This document shows positions 38,207-45,369 of a DNA stretch of 45,369 bases, piece by piece. Numbering within the stretch: the stretch's first letter is position 1; the number at the start of each line of letters is the position of its first letter. Location: the NCBI GenBank assembly GCA_964615395.1, contig CAZTNH010000001.1, positions 1-45,369 on the forward strand, read 5' to 3'. A program made the translations under genes and the position numbers. This DNA is from an uncultured Sulfurimonas sp. (GTDB taxonomy: Bacteria; Campylobacterota; Campylobacteria; Campylobacterales; Sulfurimonadaceae). The notes below the pieces were generated by a model. That model worked only from the letters and a program-made list of their open reading frames with translations, searched no databases and was not told the DNA's origin.

Positions 38207-39454
38207 TTAGTAAGTTGCTTGGTTATATATTACAAAGTTTTGAGCAAGTGCTTTTAACTCTTCTTTAATAGTAGCTTGAAGTTCAGTGTTTGTGATATCA
38301 TCTAAAACATCAGCCATTCTATTTCCAATAAGTTCAAACTCTTTCTCTTTCATCCCACGGCTAGTAAGTGCAGGTGAACCAACACGGATACCTGAAGTTA
38401 CAAAAGGACTACGAGTTTCACCTGGAACTGTGTTTTTGTTAATAGTGATACCTGCATTTACTAAAGCTGCATCAGCATCTTTTCCAGATATATCTGTTCC
38501 AACAAATGAAACAAGGATTAAGTGGTTATCTGTTCCACCTGAAACAACATCATATCCACGTTTTACCATTACTTCACCAAGTACTTTAGCATTTGCTTTT
38601 ACCTGTTTTGCATAATCTTTCCACTCTGGAGATAAGTTATATTTAAAACCAACAGCTTTAGCAGCGATAACATGAACAAGTGGTCCACCTTGAAGTGCTG
38701 GGAAAATAGCTGAGTTAAGTTTCTTAGCTAAATCTTCATCATTAGTCATAATCATACCACCACGAGGACCTGCAAGAGTCTTGTGAGTGGTAGTTGTAAC
38801 AACATCAGCATAAGGGAATGGGCTAGGGTGCTCACCAGCAGCAACTAAACCAGCGATATGTGCAATGTCAGCAAATAAAATAGCACCAACTGCATCAGCA
38901 ATTTCACGAAACTTTTTAAAGTCTATTTCACGAGCATAAGCAGAAGCACCACATACGATGATTTTAGGCTTAACAATTTGTGCTATATCCATAACTCTAT
39001 CGTAGTTAATTCTACCATCAAGTTCAACACCATAATAGAATGGAGAGTAGTTTTTACCAGAAAAAGATGGTTTAGAACCGTGTGTTAAGTGACCACCATG
39101 GCTTAAATCCATACCTAAAATTTTATCACCAGCTTTAAGAAGTGCTGCATAAACTGCACCATTTGCTTGGCTTCCTGAGTGAGGTTGAACATTTGCAAAG
39201 TTACATCCAAAAAGCTTACAGGCTCTATCTATTGCTAGTTGTTCAACACCATCAGCATACTCACAACCACCATAGTAGCGTTTAGCAGGATAACCCTCTG
39301 CATACTTGTTCGTAAAAACTGAACCCATAGCTTCCATAACTGCTGGAAGTGTAAAGTTTTCAGATGCAATCATCTCTAAGTGGTCAGTTTGACGCTCTAA
39401 CTCTTTTTCACATAAATCATATATTTCACTATCGTATTCTTTTAAAAAACTCAT
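38207..39454 (-). CDS. glyA: Serine hydroxymethyltransferase
   Basis: [35 protein letters not shown]. Confidence 0.98.
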   Translation of the reverse strand: MSFLKEYDSEIYDLCEKELERQTDHLEMIASENFTLPAVMEAMGSVFTNKYAEGYPAKRYYGGCEYADGVEQLAIDRACKLFGCNFANVQPHSGSQANGAVYAALLKAGDKILGMDLSHGGHLTHGSKPSFSGKNYSPFYYGVELDGRINYDRVMDIAQIVKPKIIVCGASAYAREIDFKKFREIADAVGAILFADIAHIAGLVAAGEHPSPFPYADVVTTTTHKTLAGPRGGMIMTNDEDLAKKLNSAIFPALQGGPLVHVIAAKAVGFKYNLSPEWKDYAKQVKANAKVLGEVMVKRGYDVVSGGTDNHLILVSFVGTDISGKDADAALVNAGITINKNTVPGETRSPFVTSGIRVGSPALTSRGMKEKEFELIGNRMADVLDDITNTELQATIKEELKALAQNFVIYNQATY

Positions 39455-39516
39455 TGTATGTAATTCCTTGTTATAATTAAAGCGATTATACTCAAAAACA
39501 GATAATAAAAGACTTA

Positions 39517-41613
39517 TTAATTAAGATATTTATCTATAGAGTTATTTATTAGTTTTAATTCAATAGTATATTGTTTCACTAATTCAGGAATGTAATCATA
39601 TTTTTTTAATGATAATTTTTTTAATATGTCAGTCACAATTAAGTGAAGTTTTTCTGCTCCAATAGTTCCAGCTAAGCCTTTAATATCTACACAGAGTATA
39701 CGTAACTGTTCATATCGAAAATCTTCTACAAGTTTTTTAAATGTTTTATCAGTTTGACCATAAGCATCTTTAAATTCTAAAAGAATCTCTTTATAAAAGA
39801 TTTCACTTGAACTCGATTTTGAAATACCAAGAGTAATATTTAAACCATCAAATTTCATACTTTTTGCACTTTCATCTTTGAGATGTTTTTGGGATACTTG
39901 TTGAATGTTTTCTATAAATATACTCAACACACTATATAACTTCTCTTTTTCTAATGGTTTAGCCATATATCCATTCATTCCAGATGAGAACATTTTTGCG
40001 ATTTCATCACTAGAAGTTAAAGCACTCAATGCGATAATAGGAATATTGTTGTACTTACTCTCTTCTCTAATTTTAATAGATGCTGTATATCCATCCATTA
40101 CTGGCATATTTATATCCATAAAAATAATATCAAAGTTTTTATCTTTTGCAAGAATTTTAAGAGCCTCTTTACCATGGTTTGCAATAGTGATTTGCATCTT
40201 TGATTTACCAAGTATTCCTACAAAAACTTTTTGGTTAATGGTATTGTCCTCTACAAGGAGTATCCGTTTATTTTGAAATTTGATAAAATCAGTTAAGCTT
40301 ATATTTCTTGTGTTTTGAAAAGAGTTTCTATGAACAAGCATATTCCCAGCATTTACAAAACCATCTTTTGTGATTTTTGAAGTATCATGAACACTCAGTA
40401 GAAGTTTATTTAAAACATTTGTAATCTGCCATCTAGTTAAGGGCTTAGATATTTTAGCATCTGCCATTGAAGCATTTGGAAATTTATCTTCTATTTCAAA
40501 TAAATTTGAAGTAGAGATTATTTTACTATTTGTATTTTCTAGTTTCGCTACTGTTTTATTGGTAAAGAGCTTTTCATCAAGAAATATAATATCATATATA
40601 TCAAAATACTCAAAGTATGAGATATACTCATTTTTATCTATAACTTTAACATCATGTCCTAAAGCTACTAAGATATTGTGCATGTTTTTTGCAACATTAT
40701 CAGAAGATTCAATTAATAATATATTTTGAGCTTTTATTTTTTTAGTTAAACTATACTGATCATCTATTGGCTCCAAGACACCTTGTATATAAGGTATAGT
40801 AAAAACAAATTCAAGATTTTTATCAGCATTATTCCTTGCTATTAAATCACCTTTCATTAGTTGAGATAACTCTTTTGCGATAAATAGTCCGAGACTATCA
40901 TACTCTTCTGTATTATCATTATAGTTTGAACAAAATATATCTATCTCACTCTCTGCATCAATTTTTAAATCACTAGTAATTGAAAAAGAGAGTTGATCAT
41001 CTTTTGAAAATAGACTTGTTCTTGTTATGTGAAGTGTAAGTTGCATTGAGTTGTTCTCTACACAGTAAAGAAGAATGTTTACTAAAACTTTACTAAGATT
41101 AAGTGTATCTGAGTTTAACTCTTTAGAGACATTTTCATCAATATCATAGATAAGTTCAAGTCTCTTTCCTATTGTATTTGCTTTTAATGTACCCGATACA
41201 TCACTAAGAAGATTTGAAAGTTTTAAATTTTGATTGTCAATAATAACTTTTTTAGATTTGATGCGTAAAAAATCAATAAGATTTGTAGTTATTGCAAGAA
41301 GTTGATGTTCAGACTTTGCGATATTGTCTTTTTTAGCAATAGAGTAGATACTTTCACCCATTTTAGAAACAATGGCATCCTGTGTTTGATGCTCTTTATC
41401 TGCTAGCTCTTCTTCTTTTTTATGTTTCTTCTTAAATGTTCTAATCTGTTCAGATGATAAAAAAAGTGCAAAAAGACTGATGAGTCCTAGACCAAAGAGT
41501 GCTATCCACATAGTGAAATCATCGCTACTTGAGTCAATTTGAGTTGTTGGAATAATATTACTTGCTGATAAAATGCTAAATGAAGTTAGTAAAAGTAAAT
41601 ATTTTGTATACAT
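39517..41613 (-). CDS. Degenerate hybrid sensor-kinase-like protein (pseudo-HisKA/HATPase, two REC, His-less HPt)
   Basis: Intact REC2 ([25 protein letters not shown]); remnant N and G2 boxes; HPt-like [10 protein letters not shown] without the His. Confidence 0.85.
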   Translation of the reverse strand: MYTKYLLLLTSFSILSASNIIPTTQIDSSSDDFTMWIALFGLGLISLFALFLSSEQIRTFKKKHKKEEELADKEHQTQDAIVSKMGESIYSIAKKDNIAKSEHQLLAITTNLIDFLRIKSKKVIIDNQNLKLSNLLSDVSGTLKANTIGKRLELIYDIDENVSKELNSDTLNLSKVLVNILLYCVENNSMQLTLHITRTSLFSKDDQLSFSITSDLKIDAESEIDIFCSNYNDNTEEYDSLGLFIAKELSQLMKGDLIARNNADKNLEFVFTIPYIQGVLEPIDDQYSLTKKIKAQNILLIESSDNVAKNMHNILVALGHDVKVIDKNEYISYFEYFDIYDIIFLDEKLFTNKTVAKLENTNSKIISTSNLFEIEDKFPNASMADAKISKPLTRWQITNVLNKLLLSVHDTSKITKDGFVNAGNMLVHRNSFQNTRNISLTDFIKFQNKRILLVEDNTINQKVFVGILGKSKMQITIANHGKEALKILAKDKNFDIIFMDINMPVMDGYTASIKIREESKYNNIPIIALSALTSSDEIAKMFSSGMNGYMAKPLEKEKLYSVLSIFIENIQQVSQKHLKDESAKSMKFDGLNITLGISKSSSSEIFYKEILLEFKDAYGQTDKTFKKLVEDFRYEQLRILCVDIKGLAGTIGAEKLHLIVTDILKKLSLKKYDYIPELVKQYTIELKLINNSIDKYLN

Positions 41614-41687
41614 ATAAAGCTCGCTTATTTTTATAAATTATAGATAAGTATCACATTAAAGTGATACTATCAGAACCTACTTAATAT

Positions 41688-43196
41688 TTATATCTCTTCT
41701 TGAGTTTCATTTACTATAGGTTTCATTGCTGGGAAAAGAAGTACATCACGGATACTATGCTCATTTGTAAGTAACATAACAAGTCTGTCGATTCCTATTC
41801 CTTGTCCAGCAGTTGGAGCCATACCATAGCTTAGTGCTTCAACAAAGTCACTATCCATCTCATGTGCTTCATCATCACCACTATCTTTAGCTTCCATTTG
41901 ACCTTCAAAACGAGAAAGTTGGTCAATAGGATCATTTAACTCAGAGAAAGCATTCGCTATCTCACGACCAGCGATGAAAAGCTCAAAACGCTCAGTAATT
42001 TCAGGATTATTATCATCTCTTCTTGCAAGAGGAGAGATCTCTACTGGATACTCTGTAATGAAAGTAGGGTCGATAAGTTTCTCTTCAACAAACTCGTCAA
42101 AAAGCTCTCCTTGAAGTTGTCCTAAGTTCATCCCTGGTTTTACAGTGATATTTTTAGTTTTTAAGTATGCAATGATTGATTCTTTATCTCTGCATGATTC
42201 TGCTGGAACACCACCAACAGTTGTAAGTGACTCTATAAGTGGAATCTCTTGAAAATTTCCAAAGTTTACTTCCATCTCACCATATGGTAAAATTGTTGGA
42301 AGGTCTAAATGTTCAAAAAGATACTGGAAATACTCTTTTGTAATTTCGATTAAATCTTTATAAGTTTTGTATGCCCAGTAGAACTCAATAGATGTAAACT
42401 CAGGGTTGTGAGTAGCATCCATACCTTCATTTCTAAAGTTACGGTTTATCTCAAATACAGCTTCAAATCCACCAACAATTAAACGCTTAAGATATAACTC
42501 TGGAGCTATTCTTAAAAATCTATCAATTCCAAGAGCATTATGGTGTGTAACAAATGGTTTAGCATTTGCTCCACCTGCGATAGGGTGCATCATTGGCGTT
42601 TCAACTTCTAAGAAACCTTTATCTTCAAAGAAACGACGAGTTAAAGAGATAACTTTTGAACGAGTTTGAAAAGTTTTACGTACTTCAGCATTCATAATTA
42701 AATCTAAGTAGCGTTTACGATAACGAATCTCTTTATCTGTAATTCCATGAAATTTTTCAGGAAGTGGAGAGATCGCTTTTGTAAGAAGTGTTAAACTATC
42801 AGCATGAAGTGAAAGCTCACCTTTTCCAGTTACAAAAGGGTAACCACCAACTTCAATGATGTCTCCAACTTCAATGTTCTTTTTAAACATAGTGTTATAG
42901 AAACCTTCAGGAAGATTATCACGTGCTACATAAATCTGTAACATTCCAGACTCATCTTCAATCTTTACAAAAGATGCTTTTCCCATAATACGTAGAAGTT
43001 TAATACGACCACTTACAATGTAGTGACGATTTTCATCACGTTGATCCTCTTTCTCTGCTATATCTGAGTTTACGTTTAAATACTTCTCTATAGTAGAGTT
43101 TCTTTTTGACTCATTAGAGTATGGATTATGTCCAGCTTCTTTTAGTAGTTTCGCTTTTTCAATTCTTTGTTGAATAAATTTGTTGTCAAATATCAA
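41688..43196 (-). CDS. lysS: Lysine--tRNA ligase (class II)
   Basis: [39 protein letters not shown]; TTG start after AAGGA. Confidence 0.98.
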   Translation of the reverse strand: MIFDNKFIQQRIEKAKLLKEAGHNPYSNESKRNSTIEKYLNVNSDIAEKEDQRDENRHYIVSGRIKLLRIMGKASFVKIEDESGMLQIYVARDNLPEGFYNTMFKKNIEVGDIIEVGGYPFVTGKGELSLHADSLTLLTKAISPLPEKFHGITDKEIRYRKRYLDLIMNAEVRKTFQTRSKVISLTRRFFEDKGFLEVETPMMHPIAGGANAKPFVTHHNALGIDRFLRIAPELYLKRLIVGGFEAVFEINRNFRNEGMDATHNPEFTSIEFYWAYKTYKDLIEITKEYFQYLFEHLDLPTILPYGEMEVNFGNFQEIPLIESLTTVGGVPAESCRDKESIIAYLKTKNITVKPGMNLGQLQGELFDEFVEEKLIDPTFITEYPVEISPLARRDDNNPEITERFELFIAGREIANAFSELNDPIDQLSRFEGQMEAKDSGDDEAHEMDSDFVEALSYGMAPTAGQGIGIDRLVMLLTNEHSIRDVLLFPAMKPIVNETQEEI

Positions 43197-43222
43197 TAGT
43201 TTTCCTTAGTAAATTTTATCTG

Positions 43223-43699
43223 TTATTTTTTTTGGCACTCTGCACAAATACCATAAATCTGCATAGAGTGATCACTCATCTTAAAACCTAACTCATCTGT
43301 GATAACATGTTGGCGTTTCTCTATCTCTTCATCTACGAACTCTGTTATCTCTCCACATACAGTACAGATAAGATGATCGTGATGCTCTTTTGCACCAAGT
43401 TCATACTTTTTACCCTGTGCTCCAAAAGAGAGGGATGTAACAACATTTGACTCTTCAAGAAGTGCTAAAGTTCTATAAACAGTAGCAATTCCTGCTTTTA
43501 AATCAGGCTGTTTATCTTGGATAAGATGGTGTAAGCCCTCAGGTGTTAAATGCTCATCTGAATTATAGAGTGTTTCAAGTATAACTTCTCGTTGAATGGT
43601 AAACTTTAAATTGTTTTTTTTAAGTAACTCTTTAAAGTCATTTAAGAGTTGATCATACTCAACTGTTCTATCATTAAAGTTAGTATTTATATTCGGCAT
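43223..43699 (-). CDS. fur: Ferric uptake regulator
   Basis: TIQRE, ATVYRTL, HHDHLICTVCG, CAEC; cvpA-fur-lysS order. Confidence 0.9.
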   Translation of the reverse strand: MPNINTNFNDRTVEYDQLLNDFKELLKKNNLKFTIQREVILETLYNSDEHLTPEGLHHLIQDKQPDLKAGIATVYRTLALLEESNVVTSLSFGAQGKKYELGAKEHHDHLICTVCGEITEFVDEEIEKRQHVITDELGFKMSDHSMQIYGICAECQKK

Positions 43700-43700
43700 A

Positions 43701-44318
43701 TTAATTCTCTTTTAAATTTTTTGCTATTTCTTGAATCTGCTTTTGTGAAGCACTTTCTACTATATCTTGTGTTTTTTCTTTAAGAACCTTTGCACTTTTA
43801 TCTATAGTTTTGTTTATATCTTCACTCATACCTACTGGATCCATTTTCATAATATAAGCACCTGTCTCTACCATAATAGGGAAGAGGATACTATTGCTCA
43901 TATTTGAATCAATAGTTGACTTGATAGCTTTGATACTATATGCTGCATGTGCGATAACTGCAGCAATTAGAAAAAATTTACTTGCTCCAAAAATAAAGCC
44001 TAAAATTTTATCAAGAGGACCAAGACCACTTAAAGAGCTTAATTTTTTGAAAATAAATCCTACTAAAACCATAAGAAGCCAAAATGCAGCTAATGTAGTT
44101 AAAAATCCTAAAAAGCTAACAGCAGCAGGACTAGAAAAGTTGAAGATAAGAGTGTTTAGCTCTTCTCCAACACTATCTCCGACTCGAGAGGCGATAAAAA
44201 TACCACCAATAATTCCAACAAGACCAAAAATTTCTTTAAAGAAACCATTTATAATTCCTTTTAAACCTAGCAGAAGTATAATGACTGCTGTTACTAAGTC
44301 AAAGTAGTTAATTTCCAT
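43701..44318 (-). CDS. CvpA (colicin V production) family membrane protein
   Basis: NYFD, GIINGFFKE, LDKILGFIFG, SILFP. Confidence 0.88.
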   Translation of the reverse strand: MEINYFDLVTAVIILLLGLKGIINGFFKEIFGLVGIIGGIFIASRVGDSVGEELNTLIFNFSSPAAVSFLGFLTTLAAFWLLMVLVGFIFKKLSSLSGLGPLDKILGFIFGASKFFLIAAVIAHAAYSIKAIKSTIDSNMSNSILFPIMVETGAYIMKMDPVGMSEDINKTIDKSAKVLKEKTQDIVESASQKQIQEIAKNLKEN

Positions 44319-45234
44319 GAGGTATAATCTCCATATTCATTTGATTTTTTCCACCAGTTTTTGATTTGTATAGAGCTTTATCTGCTCTATCAATAAGAGA
44401 GTCTGGAGTATCTCCTTTATCATATTTTGTAGTACCTATACTCATAGTTACATTGATAGATTCACCCTTGTATATTAGTTGATTATTTCTTACAAGTTCT
44501 AAAATTCTATTTGTAATTTCTAAACAAGCTTCAGGTGTTATTCTATTTAAAATGATAACAAACTCTTCACCACCATATCTAAACACTTTGTCTCCATCTC
44601 TTAAAGTTTTTTTAAGGATATTAGCAATAAAAATTAAAATTTTATCTCCAGCAATATGGCCATAAGTGTCATTTATCTTTTTAAAATCATCAATATCTAA
44701 GATAAGTAGATGCAAGTTATAGGATGCATTCTCTCTTTGACAAAGATTATTTAAGTAAGTTGTTAAAGCTCTTCTGTTAAAAACTTTTGTGAGTGCATCA
44801 AGGTTTGAGTCTCTCTCTAATTTTTTCACCTGCATCGTTAATTCTGTAATAATACTATTTGCACGTTCTACTTCAGAACTCATTTGATCTTGAACTAGTT
44901 TAAATTTTTTTATCATACTTGGAAGATCTATATGAACTCCTGAATATTCATTCATAGTCTCTTGATGAATCTGTACTATCTCTTCAAAAATTTCATTTGA
45001 ATCTTTAAAAGATGAAATACTCTTATCTGCAATATCCTTATAAGCATTTGTAAATGCTAGTTTTGCATGTTCTGTTGAGACTAAGTCTGTATCTTTAATA
45101 CTAGAAATAGTACTAGCAGCATCGTAAAGAAAAGTAACAACTTGTTCTTTTGTTGCTTCATCTTGCATCTCAATATCTTCAATAAGCTCTTCGTACATTT
45201 GAGTTACAAGTGACTTTAGATCTTCTTTTTGCAT
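44308..45234 (-). CDS. Cytoplasmic diguanylate cyclase (helical N-terminus plus GGDEF domain)
   Basis: DALTKVFNRR, DIDDFKKINDTYGH, RDGD I-site, RYGGEEF, ADKALY. Confidence 0.93.
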   Translation of the reverse strand: MQKEDLKSLVTQMYEELIEDIEMQDEATKEQVVTFLYDAASTISSIKDTDLVSTEHAKLAFTNAYKDIADKSISSFKDSNEIFEEIVQIHQETMNEYSGVHIDLPSMIKKFKLVQDQMSSEVERANSIITELTMQVKKLERDSNLDALTKVFNRRALTTYLNNLCQRENASYNLHLLILDIDDFKKINDTYGHIAGDKILIFIANILKKTLRDGDKVFRYGGEEFVIILNRITPEACLEITNRILELVRNNQLIYKGESINVTMSIGTTKYDKGDTPDSLIDRADKALYKSKTGGKNQMNMEIIPHGN

Positions 45235-45369
45235 AAACTTTCCCGTTTAAAATAATAGTGCCATTATACTCACATAATCATAAATAAAACTTTTGTATTA
45301 GTTTTAGGATAAAATAAGCCTTTTAATAAGAGATAACTTAAAAAGTAAGGAAATTAAGAAATAGACATC

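Noticed and set aside
39517-41613. Pseudogene call for the degenerate hybrid kinase
   Set aside because: The frame is intact over 698 codons with a canonical receiver and a plausible promoter; no frameshift or internal stop.
740-44307. Short alternative ORFs in the track (e.g. 740-991, 1552-1839, 7623-7895, 15098-15412, 31363-31716, 38286-38615, 39905-40276, 43894-44307)
   Set aside because: Antisense shadows of well-supported genes, with no recognisable motifs.
1-45369. CRISPR array, tRNA/rRNA, IS transposase, integrase or prophage
   Set aside because: No repeat-spacer periodicity, cloverleaf or mobile-element protein was seen; all intergenic gaps are about 200 nt or less.

Overview
AT-rich, gene-dense chromosomal window from a Campylobacterota bacterium, most likely Sulfurimonas-like; this is inferred from protein style and from recalled C. 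jejuni-type synteny (cvpA-fur-lysS-glyA-DUF1882-SPOR-aroE, ftsY-radA, ppiD-ftsA-ftsZ, M48-prmC-DUF4149). It is mostly housekeeping: murC, dapC, thiS, acpS, fliL, radA, ftsY, rny, atpB, gatB, gpsA, prmC, ftsZ, ftsA, dnaJ, mltA, recR, aroE, trpE, glyA, lysS and fur, with the tail of a polysaccharide cluster at the left edge. I saw no rRNA, tRNA, CRISPR array, transposase or prophage. The strongest candidate for an undescribed system is a coupled four-gene module at 23498-26940: a soluble NosL-like metal chaperone, a MacB/LolCDE-type ABC permease and ATPase, and an 8-TM protein whose five Cys and a His-His pair all map to periplasmic loops. No nosZ, nosD or nosY is present in the window. Other items worth a look are a hybrid histidine kinase lacking both phospho-His residues, a REP-like inverted doublet between ftsY and radA, an 84-nt nested-palindrome element before the NosL module, a zinc-less aldolase-fold protein and two candidate leaderless genes. 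All family calls come from motif recognition by eye; no searches were run.
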